Source: an uncultured Bacteroidales bacterium (GTDB lineage Bacteria > Bacteroidota > Bacteroidia > Bacteroidales > CAIWKO01). Taken from it: a stretch of 64,000 nucleotides of DNA. Below the pieces are notes generated by a model that did no database searches, was not told the origin of the DNA, and saw only the letters and a list, made by a program, of their open reading frames with translations. Of this stretch, positions 17,879 through 27,433 are shown in pieces; positions within the stretch are counted from its first letter, which is position 1, and every line of letters starts with the position of its first letter. A program made the position numbers and the translations under genes. The stretch lies in contig CAYXXU010000010.1 in NCBI GenBank assembly GCA_964469155.1, positions 306 through 64,305 on the forward strand. The letters are read 5' to 3'.

Positions 17879-20800
17879 TTAGAGGCTGAAATATTTTGTA
17901 ATTATTTCTATCAGTTCCTCTTCTTTGATAGGTTTCGTAATATAATCGTTACATCCGCAATTAATTGATTTTTCGCGGTCGCCTGCAATAGCATAAGCAG
18001 TTTGAGCAATAATAACGACATCGATATTAAATTGCCTGATCTGCCGGGTGGCTTCATATCCATCCATTTCAGCCATTTTAATGTCCATCAGGATAAGATC
18101 AAGATCAGGATGGTCCCTGCAAATTTTAATGGCTTCAACACCTGTTCTGGCATGTAGTATTTTCTGACTGTACTTTTGAAGTGTTATGGTAAGGAACAAA
18201 TCTGATGCATCATCGTCTTCGGCAATAAGAACTTTCAACTTTCTGACTTTCCCTTTTCCCTTAATTTTAAAAACTTTATCTGCCACTATAGGCTTACTTT
18301 TCATTTTGGTGATATAGGGAGTGGTAAAATAGAAAGTCGTTCCAACGCCTTGCTCGCTCTCAACCCAGATCTTCCCGCCGAGCATTTCAACATACATTTT
18401 CGAAATGGATAAGCCCAGCCCGGCGCCTTCGTAATTTCTTGAAAGTGATTCACTCCCTTGCCTGAATCTTTCAAAAATGTATTGTTTTTGCTCGTCCGAT
18501 ATTCCAATGCCGGTATCTTTCACATAGAATTCAAGAAATTTACCTTTTTTTTCGTATCCAAATGCAATGGACCCTTCGAAGGTAAATTTCAATGCATTTT
18601 TTACCAGATTAGTTAGTATGGCATAGATTTTTTCGCGGTCGGTATAAATAATGGACTCTTTTAAAGGCAAAAAGTTCTTGTAAAACAATTGCATTCCTTT
18701 TTTTTCAACTTCGGGTTTGAAGAAATAGTAAATGTATTCAATCTGCTCATTAATACTCGAATTTGAATATTGCACATCGGTCATCCCTGCTTCAATTTTA
18801 GAGATACTGATCAGATCGTTGATGATATTAAGCATTCTGTCGCCGCTACTCTCAATGATCTGGATATATTCATTTATTTTTTCACCCGAAAGCCTGGGTT
18901 CTTTCAAAAGCCCTGCAAAACTCAGGATACCATTCATTGGAGTTCGGATCTCATGACTCATATTAGCCAGAAAGGCCGATTTTAACCGGTCGCTTTCTTC
19001 CGCTTTTTCTTTAGCCTTTTGTAGTTCAATATTGATTCTTTTGTATTCTTTGTTCTGACGTTCAATTTCTTTTGTTTTTTGTCTGAGAATTTCTTCAGTT
19101 TTTTTACGTTCGGTTATGTCGTTCGAAACGGATAGTATACCTCTTTTCCCGTTAGGCAAGGTAATTGCGGTTTCTCTGAGCATAAAAACACGATAGGTTC
19201 CCTCTTTGGTATAATTTACCACTTCCTGCTCCAGAATCTCTCCTGCAAGAATTCGTCGGATATTTTCATTTACCACTGAAAAATTATCGGGAGATGACAA
19301 TATGATTATATGTTTCCCGATAAATTCCTCTTTAGAATAAGATACCGATTTATAAACCTCATCGTTTGCTTCGATGATGAAGCCATTTTCATCCAATACA
19401 ATAATACCTGCAGGTGAAGTTGAAAAAAGAGACCGGTAGCGTTGTTCGCTCTCCATCAATGCATTTTCTGCCGCTTTTCGTTCGGTAATATCAATGAAGA
19501 ATACAGTTACATGATTTTGACTGGTCTGAAATGCATGTACTTCATAGACACCCTGGATTTGTTGATCATGATAAATAAATTGCTCTACATTGAATTCTTG
19601 ACCGGTGGCTGCGGCAAGGCGATATGCATCGGGAATTTCAGTTTCAGCCAAAGCAGGGAAGGCTTCTTCAATACTTTTGCCCAGAAATTGATTGTGGTTT
19701 ATCCCGATAATTTTGTCGGCAGCCGGGTTTGCACCAATAAAAATCAGTTGATTATCTTCCATCAACTTATAATGATATGCCCCAAAAGGAGCATTCTCGA
19801 CAATGAGTTTTGAATATTGTTCGCTGTTGCGTATGTCATCTTCTGCTTTTTTCCGATCGGTTATATCAATTGTATAACCGGCCAGCAGCTTTTTACCTCC
19901 CACCGAAATCGGGAACTTCATGGAGGTATAAAACCTGCCGTTTAATTCTTCATCCAGGGTGATCATCTGACCCTTCGAAACCACATCCCAATCGTCTTTT
20001 GAAATTTTTATTGCAAATTCTTTAGGAAATAGCTCCATCATGGTTTTACCAACCATTTCTGAACCCGGGATGCCAATCATATCCTGGTAGTTCTCACTGG
20101 CCATGATCACACGACTTTCTTTTTCGGTTACTTGTTTTATAAAAGAGTAAATGGGTGAATTTTTCATGAACAAAGAAACCAGGTCAATGCTTTCCTGGAG
20201 TTTTAACTCTGCCTTCCTGCGCTCGGTGATGTCCTGAATGACAGGCATCATATAAATGGGCTTGTTGTTTTTGTCTCTGACCATGTTGATACGGACTTCG
20301 CCCCAAACAATTTCTCCATCTTTACGCACATATCTTTTATGCAATAACGATTTTTTCTTTGTGCCTGAAGTAATAGCCTCTATTTCTTGTTGTGAATTTT
20401 CCAGATCGTCAGGAAATGTGATCTCCGTGACGGTTTTTTCTTTCAGTTCTTCTTCTGAATACCCGAGAAAGTTACATAAAAATTTGTTGCAGGTAAGAAA
20501 CTTTTGATCTAAACCCACAGTGGCAACTCCAATAGGAGCCTCGTCGATACTTAACTGTAGTTTCGTCAGGTTGTCATGTAGTTCATCATTCATCCGTTTA
20601 CGCTCGGTTACATCTGAAAAGAAACCAACCAGTACTTTTCTATTACCGAGCATCAGGTTGTTTGCATGGATATCAACATAAATGGTGGTCCCATCCTTTT
20701 TTATAAAGGGAACCTCCACAGGATTTGTAATTTCGCCGGTGACCAACATTTCAAAAGACGTGAGAGCGGCTTCCAATGATCCAGGGGAATGAAGGTTGTG

Positions 20801-21580
20801 GATAGTCATGCTCTTAATTTCTTCCTCAGAATATCCCATCATTTTACAAAAAGAAGGATTGGCAAACATGAGTTTTTTCGTTTTTACGTCGGCAGCAATA
20901 ATCCCTTCGGTTGTGCCCATAAACAAAGTGGCATAACGTTCTTCGCTTTCCCTCAATTGTCTTTCCAGGCGTTTATGCTCCAAAAATTCTTTTTCGAGTT
21001 GTTCTGCTTCTTCTTTTACAAGCAGGTTTGCATAGCCCATTTCGGAGATCAACGATGCTATTTCACCCATAAAGGCCGTAGCGTTGTGAAGATCTTCCTC
21101 TGACACTACCGGAATTTGTTTCAATGCTTCCAGGTAGGCCTTTTCGTCATAACCGTAAGTTTTAGCCTGTTTTTTAAATCGTTCTGTATCGGGTGGCTCC
21201 AGCAGCAGTTGTCCGGTGGCTATGCTTGCAATGTGTATTCCTTTTATGATTATGGGAATAGCACAATCGATCAGCCCATGTTCACAGGATTCAATAATAG
21301 TTTGGCCGGGCAGGTTGAGAGATTGTAGAAGTTTGCGGTTGCTGTTGGTGCAAATTACTTCAGAGGCTTCGCAACCCCGGTGAAACTTTGTGCAGATATC
21401 GCGCCATCCGCTTTTTCCGATAATATTAAGTCCGGGATGGTCAAGAAAACCAATGGTGAAACCTGTTGCCAGGGTAAACTTTTCAAATATTATTTGCAGC
21501 CTTTCGAGGTTGACCAGATCGGTGATGCTATATTTTCCATCAATTAAGTTTTCAGTAATTTGGGGAGGAGGTTTTTTCAT
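17879..21580 (-). CDS. hybrid sensor histidine kinase / response regulator with N-terminal PocR-like domain and multiple PAS domains
   Basis: ORF 17879-21625. I prefer the start at MKKPPPQ (ATG 21580). The N-terminus is PocR-like (FTIGFLDHPG ... CTKFHRGCEASEVICTNSN ... CEHGLIDCAIPI). About 5 PAS segments follow, each ending in DITERK-type motifs. Then come HisKA (FLANMSHEIRTPMNGI), HATPase (GAGLGLSISKMYVEMLGG) and a C-terminal receiver (VLIAEDDD ... LILMDIKMAEMDG). Confidence 0.85.
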   Translation of the reverse strand: MKKPPPQITENLIDGKYSITDLVNLERLQIIFEKFTLATGFTIGFLDHPGLNIIGKSGWRDICTKFHRGCEASEVICTNSNRKLLQSLNLPGQTIIESCEHGLIDCAIPIIIKGIHIASIATGQLLLEPPDTERFKKQAKTYGYDEKAYLEALKQIPVVSEEDLHNATAFMGEIASLISEMGYANLLVKEEAEQLEKEFLEHKRLERQLRESEERYATLFMGTTEGIIAADVKTKKLMFANPSFCKMMGYSEEEIKSMTIHNLHSPGSLEAALTSFEMLVTGEITNPVEVPFIKKDGTTIYVDIHANNLMLGNRKVLVGFFSDVTERKRMNDELHDNLTKLQLSIDEAPIGVATVGLDQKFLTCNKFLCNFLGYSEEELKEKTVTEITFPDDLENSQQEIEAITSGTKKKSLLHKRYVRKDGEIVWGEVRINMVRDKNNKPIYMMPVIQDITERRKAELKLQESIDLVSLFMKNSPIYSFIKQVTEKESRVIMASENYQDMIGIPGSEMVGKTMMELFPKEFAIKISKDDWDVVSKGQMITLDEELNGRFYTSMKFPISVGGKKLLAGYTIDITDRKKAEDDIRNSEQYSKLIVENAPFGAYHYKLMEDNQLIFIGANPAADKIIGINHNQFLGKSIEEAFPALAETEIPDAYRLAAATGQEFNVEQFIYHDQQIQGVYEVHAFQTSQNHVTVFFIDITERKAAENALMESEQRYRSLFSTSPAGIIVLDENGFIIEANDEVYKSVSYSKEEFIGKHIIILSSPDNFSVVNENIRRILAGEILEQEVVNYTKEGTYRVFMLRETAITLPNGKRGILSVSNDITERKKTEEILRQKTKEIERQNKEYKRINIELQKAKEKAEESDRLKSAFLANMSHEIRTPMNGILSFAGLLKEPRLSGEKINEYIQIIESSGDRMLNIINDLISISKIEAGMTDVQYSNSSINEQIEYIYYFFKPEVEKKGMQLFYKNFLPLKESIIYTDREKIYAILTNLVKNALKFTFEGSIAFGYEKKGKFLEFYVKDTGIGISDEQKQYIFERFRQGSESLSRNYEGAGLGLSISKMYVEMLGGKIWVESEQGVGTTFYFTTPYITKMKSKPIVADKVFKIKGKGKVRKLKVLIAEDDDASDLFLTITLQKYSQKILHARTGVEAIKICRDHPDLDLILMDIKMAEMDGYEATRQIRQFNIDVVIIAQTAYAIAGDREKSINCGCNDYITKPIKEEELIEIITKYFSL

Positions 21581-21679
21581 CTGATATGATTTATTAAAGC
21601 GACAGTCCGCAAAAGATATTAGCAAATATAGTAATAAATGTCAATTAATTGAAATTTCTGTCTTTGTAAAAATCATGCT

Positions 21680-22483
21680 TCATTTTTTCAAAACATAAAA
21701 CAGGTATTTCTTTTCACCTGATTTTAGTTTCGAAAAATTGCGTGAATCGGAGGCAGCAAACTTTTCGTCAATTTTAAACCAGCGAAGCAAACGGGAGGAT
21801 TGTAACATTTCGTCGCGTTTTGCGGCAAACAAACCGAGTGAAAGCACAATATTGGGGGTTATATCTTCTTTCTTTTCCAGTTTCAGGCCCGTGGCTTTTA
21901 AAAGGTTTTCTGTTTCGGCGATCTTGTTTTCGGAGCGAAATATATCAGCATATAAAAAGGTTCCTCCGGGGCGAAGTATGGCATAAACATTATTCAGAAA
22001 ATTTTGCATGGATGGATAACAATGCGAAGATTCGAGATTGATCACCACATCGAAAACCGAATCGGCGAATTGTTGTTTTTCAGCATCGCCCTGCATGAAG
22101 GTAAGGTTTTGTGCCTTAAAGCTCCGCTTACACTTTTTTATGTTCATCGACGAAAGATCGGTACCCACCACACGGCCGGGGTGATATTGATTGTGAAGCA
22201 GCCAGCAACCACCGCCCCGCCCGCATCCTATCTCAATGATATCTTTTCCGTCGAGCGGCGCGTGTTTGAATAAATGAAGATACAATGCCGATTGAAGCTT
22301 TTGTATGTCGTCGGCCGTATGAACCTGATTTATGGTATCGCTTTCGGCATAACCATAATTCATAAACCTGAAGTCGCCATACCTGTTGTTAAATTGATAC
22401 AAGGTTAGCAGGTTGTAAAAAGTTTTCAGATAGAACTTTTTATATGCCTGTTTGTATGGTTTGGGTACCAGTTTATGTATCAT
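21680..22483 (-). CDS. class I SAM-dependent methyltransferase
   Basis: 267 aa with motif I IEIGCGRGGG and post-I/II motifs (VVGTDLS, FDVVINLES, LRPGGTF). It starts 18 nt after the stop of the upstream TonB-dependent receptor gene, so it is probably co-transcribed. Confidence 0.8.
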   Translation of the reverse strand: MIHKLVPKPYKQAYKKFYLKTFYNLLTLYQFNNRYGDFRFMNYGYAESDTINQVHTADDIQKLQSALYLHLFKHAPLDGKDIIEIGCGRGGGCWLLHNQYHPGRVVGTDLSSMNIKKCKRSFKAQNLTFMQGDAEKQQFADSVFDVVINLESSHCYPSMQNFLNNVYAILRPGGTFLYADIFRSENKIAETENLLKATGLKLEKKEDITPNIVLSLGLFAAKRDEMLQSSRLLRWFKIDEKFAASDSRNFSKLKSGEKKYLFYVLKK

Positions 22484-22501
22484 GCAAACTTTTTTGCTAA
22501 A

Positions 22502-24889
22502 TTATAACTTTACTTTCAAACCTGTAAGAAAACTAATGCCTGCCTGCGGAAAGTATCCATCCATCACATTGTATGCCCCGTTATAATAATAGCGATACAC
22601 CCAGGCATTGTTTTCGTATTTCTTGTTGAATATATTGTTGAGCATCAGCGATACTTTTATCTCTTTAATAAACCCGGGTTTGAAGGTATAATCCACTACA
22701 ATATCCGAAACGCAGTAGGGGTTAAGAGAGCGTTCTTTGGCCGTGGTATTGTCGATGTATTGACGGCTGACGTATTTGCTGACCAGCGAAATATTAAAGT
22801 TTTCGATAAAATTGCCTGTAAATGTATTGGAGGCGACCACATCGGGCGAGAAAGCCAGGTTGGTGGTACCCAACGGATTCAGTATCTGACCGCCTTGATC
22901 CCAATCTTCGACATATTCGGTGAAGCCAATAATCTTATTCCGGCTAAAGCAGGCATTTACTTCCCAGGTGAGGCGTTTGAACAATCGTGCTGCGGCGCTA
23001 ATTTCCATGCCCGCACGGTAGCTTTGGGGCACATTGGTCATGATGGCATAACCCACATCGTTGATCTCGCCTGTGAGCACCAGTTGATCTCTGTAGTACA
23101 TATAATACCCGTTGATGGCTGTGGTTACATATTTGCTGCTAAAGGTGTAGCCCAGTTCGGCATTATACATGCTTTCCTTTTTTGGTAAGGGTTTAGCCAT
23201 ATCGGCATCGGCGTAGTTGTTGCCATTGGGTTCGCGGTTGGCCAGAGCAAGAGCCAGGTAAATGCGGTGGTGGCTGTTGATATCATAAGTTACTCCTGCC
23301 TTCGGATTGAAGAAATTGAACCGGTGCGACTGGGTTATGTCGCGCAATCTGGAATCAAGACTATCGAGGCTGAAGCGGATGGTGCGGTATTGCAGGTCGA
23401 TATAGGTGGTGACCTGTTTTACCGGCTTGTAGTTTATTTTTCCGTAAATACTGAATTCGCCTTTTTGGGAAGTGTTCAGATACCACTGGAAGTTGAGAGG
23501 AATAGCGATGGCATATTGCGCCCAGGTAATTTTTCCGTAATGATCTCCTTCGTATTGGTTGCCGGCCCCGCCCAGGGTTATCTGCAGGTTTTTATGATTG
23601 TCGAAGCGTCCCGAGAAGGTGAATCCGTAGAAATGATTGCCCAGCCATTTTTGGCGGATAAGGTCGGTGGCCGTTAGGGTGTCATTACCAATAACAGGGT
23701 AGGGAAGGGCGTAGGCAGCAAAATCGTCGGCTTCGCGGTATTCTTCGTAGTAGCCGCGTCCGTAAGTATAATGCAGGGCAGCGTTCAGTTGGAAGCGTTT
23801 GCCCACCTCCTGCGAAAACAACAACTGGTAGTTGTCCTGCTGATAATTGTCGGTTTGGTTTTCGTAAGTAAATAAATTGTAGCGTCGATGGGTCTGTAGC
23901 GAATCTTTCGGTACCCCGTTCCATGCCTGGTAGGTTTTTTCTTTACCTGAAAATATCACCAGCTTGAGAATGGTTTTTTTACCGTAGTATCCTGCATTAA
24001 CAAACAAAGACTTCATATCGGTTGAGGCCCTTTCTATATAGCCATCGGAATTAAGTTTCGACAAACGCACATCCAGCGTAAAGTGTTTGGCCAGCAAACC
24101 CGTGCCTGCCATGAGGGTATGTTTCCAGGTGTTGAATGAGCCATAGCCGCCGTCGTAGATAGCATAAGCATCAGGGTTGAGTTTGGTGGTTTCGAAGTTG
24201 ATGCTGGCGCCGAATGCGGCCGAGCCGTTGGTGGATGTACCGATGCCTCGTTGTATCTGCACATTGTCGATGGATGAAGCCAGGTCGGGCATATCGACCC
24301 AAAACATCCCCTGCGATTCGGCATCGTTGGCAGGAATGCCATTGATGGTGACATTGATGCGTGTAAGGTCGGTGCCGCGAATACGCAGGCCGGTGTAGCC
24401 CACCCCATTACCTGCATCAGAGCTGCTCACCAGGGCGGGCGTAGTGTTGAGTATATATGGCAGATCCTGCCCATAGTTGATGCGGCTGATCTGATTTTTA
24501 CCCACATTGGTATAGGTTGATGGCTGATCGGCTGCCGCACGGGTGGCACTGATGATTACTTCGTCCTGCAACACCGTATTCTTTTCGAGTTGAATGTTGT
24601 AGATATAGGCGCCTGCAATCTCAATGGTTTTGGTTTGACTGTGATAGCCTATATACGATACTTTGCACTGGTAACTGCCTTTTTTCAGGTTACTGATCAG
24701 GTAATTTCCCTGATCATCACTGATGGTGCCTGTGAATAGTCCTTCGATGCTTACCGAGGCTCCTGAAAGCGCCTCACCGCTGCTTTTGTCGGTGATATGC
24801 CCCGAAAGGCTGCCCTGTGCCATAGTTGTCAACGGCAGCAGCAGCGGAATGATCAGCGTTACAATTAACTTTTTCATGATTTTGAACAT
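22502..24889 (-). CDS. TonB-dependent outer-membrane receptor (CarboxypepD_reg N-terminal domain, plug, beta-barrel), TPP-riboswitch controlled
   Basis: 795 aa with a signal peptide. The N-terminal domain is carboxypeptidase-regulatory-like (GSLSGHITDKSSGEALSGASVSIEG ... GNYLISNLKKGSYQCKVSYIGY). The plug is visible (GLRIRGTDLTRINVTINGIP ... IQRGIGTSTNGSAAFG). The C-terminus is barrel-like and ends in an aromatic-rich strand. Confidence 0.85.
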   Translation of the reverse strand: MFKIMKKLIVTLIIPLLLPLTTMAQGSLSGHITDKSSGEALSGASVSIEGLFTGTISDDQGNYLISNLKKGSYQCKVSYIGYHSQTKTIEIAGAYIYNIQLEKNTVLQDEVIISATRAAADQPSTYTNVGKNQISRINYGQDLPYILNTTPALVSSSDAGNGVGYTGLRIRGTDLTRINVTINGIPANDAESQGMFWVDMPDLASSIDNVQIQRGIGTSTNGSAAFGASINFETTKLNPDAYAIYDGGYGSFNTWKHTLMAGTGLLAKHFTLDVRLSKLNSDGYIERASTDMKSLFVNAGYYGKKTILKLVIFSGKEKTYQAWNGVPKDSLQTHRRYNLFTYENQTDNYQQDNYQLLFSQEVGKRFQLNAALHYTYGRGYYEEYREADDFAAYALPYPVIGNDTLTATDLIRQKWLGNHFYGFTFSGRFDNHKNLQITLGGAGNQYEGDHYGKITWAQYAIAIPLNFQWYLNTSQKGEFSIYGKINYKPVKQVTTYIDLQYRTIRFSLDSLDSRLRDITQSHRFNFFNPKAGVTYDINSHHRIYLALALANREPNGNNYADADMAKPLPKKESMYNAELGYTFSSKYVTTAINGYYMYYRDQLVLTGEINDVGYAIMTNVPQSYRAGMEISAAARLFKRLTWEVNACFSRNKIIGFTEYVEDWDQGGQILNPLGTTNLAFSPDVVASNTFTGNFIENFNISLVSKYVSRQYIDNTTAKERSLNPYCVSDIVVDYTFKPGFIKEIKVSLMLNNIFNKKYENNAWVYRYYYNGAYNVMDGYFPQAGISFLTGLKVKL

Positions 24890-24940
24890 TACGTTACACT
24901 TTGGATAGCTTCAGAGGCAACAGCCATCCGTTAAAGTTAA

Positions 24941-25019
24941 CTCTTACTCCCTACGCCGGCATTACCCGGATCAGGTTCAGAGGGTTTGATCTCAGCCCGT
25001 TCAGTTGGGGCACCCCTTT
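24941..25019 (-). promoter_or_regulatory. TPP (THI-box) riboswitch
   Basis: The minus strand reads GGGGTGCCCCAACTGAACGGGCTGAGATCAAACCCTCTGAACCTGATCCGGGTAATGCCGGCGTAGGGAGTAAGAG. It contains the invariant THI-box blocks GGGGUGC, GCUGAGA, ACCC, GAACCUGAUC-GG-UAAUGCC-GCGUAGGGA. It lies about 50 nt upstream of the receptor ATG at 24889. Confidence 0.9.
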
Positions 25020-25028
25020 TATTAGGTA

Positions 25029-25036
25029 CAAAGATA
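25029..25036 (-). promoter_or_regulatory. candidate -7 promoter box for the riboswitch-receptor operon
   Basis: Minus-strand TATCTTTG (TAnnTTTG consensus) sits about 10 nt upstream of the first riboswitch G. This placement would start transcription at the aptamer. No clean -33 box was found. Confidence 0.4.
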
Positions 25037-25090
25037 GGAGTTTTTGGGAATGTTGGGATTTCTGATGTAAGATAAAATTTTTGTTATTAA

Positions 25091-25150
25091 TAGTCATTGA
25101 TGGTCATTCATTGTCATTAGTGGTCATTGGTTGTCATTAATGGTTTTTGG
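25091..25150. repeat. phase-exact decamer tract NNGTCATTNN x5-6
   Basis: TAGTCATTGA TGGTCATTCA TTGTCATTAG TGGTCATTGG TTGTCATTAA TGGTTTTTGG. This is the reverse complement of the TAATGAC word at 12751-12790. Confidence 0.8.
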
Positions 25151-25436
25151 TTGTTGAAGCATCAAAAAACAACTAATAAAAAACAAATAAATTCCAATAA
25201 TACAAATTTCAATTTATCAAACGGGGCTTTCAGTGTTTGAAATTTTATTTTTTTTTGAATTTGAAATTTATTTGTTATTTGATGCTTGTTATTTGGGATT
25301 TTCTGAGAAAGACGATTCTAAAAGTGTTTTACAAGGGGTGCAATGAAATTATAGCATGGATAATGTAAATTGACGAATTTGCCCTGAAAATAAGACAGTT
25401 GCTTATGATTGCAGCCCCTTTTTTATGCCCCGGAAG

Positions 25437-25627
25437 TCCATTTTGTATGCATACAACGCCACGTTTGCAGCATACAATGAAATTTTTGCATTACACATCG
25501 CCACGTTTGCATTACACAACGAAACGTTTGCAGCATACAACGCAACGTTTGCATTACACAACGTAACGTTTGCTGCATGAAAAGAAATTTTTGCAGCATA
25601 CAAGGCAACCTTTCACGCATACAAAAT
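25437..25627. repeat. 21-bp tandem array, 9 units (consensus about ACGTTTGCAKYAYACAACGNA)
   Basis: The TTTG core recurs at 25442, 25464, 25485, 25506, 25527, 25548, 25569 and 25590, with a degenerate copy (TTTC) at 25611. The spacing is 22 once and then 21 seven times. GCAGCATACAA and GCATTACACAA units tend to alternate. ORFs 25403-25603 and 25423-25620 are translations of the array. Confidence 0.85.
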
Positions 25628-25787
25628 ACTGTGTCGGACCTAAAAAAATCTGTTGTAAGCCAAAAAAACGATCTTCCCGGCTGAGAAAATTTTTATTCTT
25701 ATGTAATGATAATCTTTAATGCTGAGGAATCTTTTTTGTGGAAAATAAAATCAATTTTTGAAGATTTATAAAAGGATGTCCTGTCTC

Positions 25788-26768
25788 CTAACTTCTCTCT
25801 CCTGACTCCTTCTTCAATTCCTGACGGTGCTTACGATACTCTATAATGGGCTTGTCGCCCATAATAAGCCTTTCATCCATTTTAACATCGCTCTTTTTTG
25901 GCAACTGGGTAACCACCACCCGCTTGTCTTGTCGAAGGATAATAATGTTCGTTAACTTTCCGATAATATTGAAAAGTTGTTTTAAGCCTGGTACCTTGAC
26001 CATATTTTGATAATACCTCACATACACCAGGGTGTTTTCCTCATCCACCGGCACAAAAGCGGCAAAGGCCCTGATCTTATCCGAGATCAGGTTCTGCCAT
26101 ATATTGGGATAATGAAACTGTAGTTGAAACAGTTTCTCATAATCGGGGATTTCATCAGGTTTAAGGGGAGTGGTTTTTCCATCGTCGGCCCTGTTGTCCA
26201 CATAAAAAGTAATCAATTCGTCCTTACGCACCACCACAGGACCATTCACCAATGTTTTATTGCCCCTGCCAATGGTAGTTCGGTGTACAAAGGGCAGATG
26301 CACCACGTCCAATTGGTTTTCTATAGCCCTTGAGTAATGCACATTCCAATGATCAATAAAGGTCGAATAGGAAAAAGGGATCAATTCTTTAAAAAAGAAA
26401 GGTTCAGCAGTCCTTTTATCCTCATCGCCCCACCACAGCCAGATCAGTCCGTAGGCTTCGTAAGTTTTATAGGTCAGCACCTTCATGCTTTCGGGCACTT
26501 GTTTGTTCTTTCCGTTAGCCGGTATCACACGCACTTTGCCCGTTGCGTCATATAGAAATCCGTGAAACGGACACTCAAGCTTACCGTCGACAACTTTGCC
26601 ACACGAAAGCGAAACTCCCCTATGGCAGCATTTATCGGCAATGCAGTTTGCTTGTCCTTTCTCATCCCGCCACACAGCCAGGTTTTCGTTAAACCGCCTT
26701 ATCAGTAGTGGTTTATTTTTCTTTACCTCTTTCGAATCGAGTATTACGTACCATTGATTGTATATCAT
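25788..26768 (-). CDS. Rieske [2Fe-2S] domain non-heme iron oxygenase family protein
   Basis: 326 aa with the Rieske motif CCHRGVSLSCGKVVDGKLECPFHGF (CxH ... CxxH). The C-terminal catalytic-domain-like region has ENQLDVVHLPFVH. Confidence 0.85.
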   Translation of the reverse strand: MIYNQWYVILDSKEVKKNKPLLIRRFNENLAVWRDEKGQANCIADKCCHRGVSLSCGKVVDGKLECPFHGFLYDATGKVRVIPANGKNKQVPESMKVLTYKTYEAYGLIWLWWGDEDKRTAEPFFFKELIPFSYSTFIDHWNVHYSRAIENQLDVVHLPFVHRTTIGRGNKTLVNGPVVVRKDELITFYVDNRADDGKTTPLKPDEIPDYEKLFQLQFHYPNIWQNLISDKIRAFAAFVPVDEENTLVYVRYYQNMVKVPGLKQLFNIIGKLTNIIILRQDKRVVVTQLPKKSDVKMDERLIMGDKPIIEYRKHRQELKKESGERS

Positions 26769-27040
26769 AGCTCAGCGTTCGTTTAAAAAAAACAGGCATT
26801 TCAAAAATAAATAAAAATCGCATGAACAAACCGTATTATACCATATTAATGGGTGTCATTTGGAAAAAGACAACCAATTTACTGTGTGCGGTTTTGTTCC
26901 GTTTGCAAATAAAATAATGGAGTGAGCACTAAGGTCTCTGATACACATGATATGGGCTGTGGAATGAGGCTCACTTGTTAAGTGTGTTGCATATCTATTG
27001 CATCAGCCTGTAATTAACCGTCAAGGCCTATGCAATTGAT

Positions 27041-27343
27041 TTATATTTTGCTAAGCTCGTTCGAAATTTTCAGGATATAGTTCAGGTCATCCTCATTCAC
27101 AGTATAAATACTCATTTTTCCTCTTCTGACTTTATTCAGAATACCGAATTGTCTCATCAGGCCCAAATGAAGCGAAGTTTCCGGCTGATTTAAATTTAGT
27201 TTCTGATATATCTGAGTAACATTCATTTCTTTGTTTTCTAAAATAGACTCAATAATCTCAACTCTTATTGGATGGGTAGCGATTTTGAGTTTTTTTGCTG
27301 TGTATTTGATTTTCTGAATATCCATTTCAATGGTCGTTTTCAT
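27041..27343 (-). CDS. ArsR/SmtB-family winged-helix transcriptional regulator
   Basis: 100 aa with an HTH region (HPIRVEIIESILENKEMNVTQIYQKLNLNQPETSLHLGLMRQFGILNKVRRGKMSIY). Confidence 0.75.
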   Translation of the reverse strand: MKTTIEMDIQKIKYTAKKLKIATHPIRVEIIESILENKEMNVTQIYQKLNLNQPETSLHLGLMRQFGILNKVRRGKMSIYTVNEDDLNYILKISNELSKI

Positions 27344-27433
27344 TTTTTTTCATTTTAATTGAATACAAATATAATCAAACTTTCGAATACAAATAGGATA
27401 TAGTTGGGCATGAATTAATTTAGCCAGATAATT

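Noticed and set aside
25403-25620. Two overlapping 65-66-aa ORFs rich in NVALCNA / MQTLRCV repeats
   Set aside because: They are translations of the 21-bp x9 array in two frames on the minus strand, so they are not credible genes.
25437-25627. Possible CRISPR array (also considered for 636-803, 11808-11954 and 47271-47453)
   Set aside because: The units are contiguous with no unique spacers between them. No cas genes are in the window, and the unit lengths (21 and 43 bp, head to tail) do not fit repeat-spacer architecture.
26900-27000. Possible structured RNA (GAGTGAGC ... GGCTCACTT stem) between the ArsR and Rieske genes
   Set aside because: It is a single short stem with no recognisable riboswitch or sRNA consensus. 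It cannot be supported from sequence alone.
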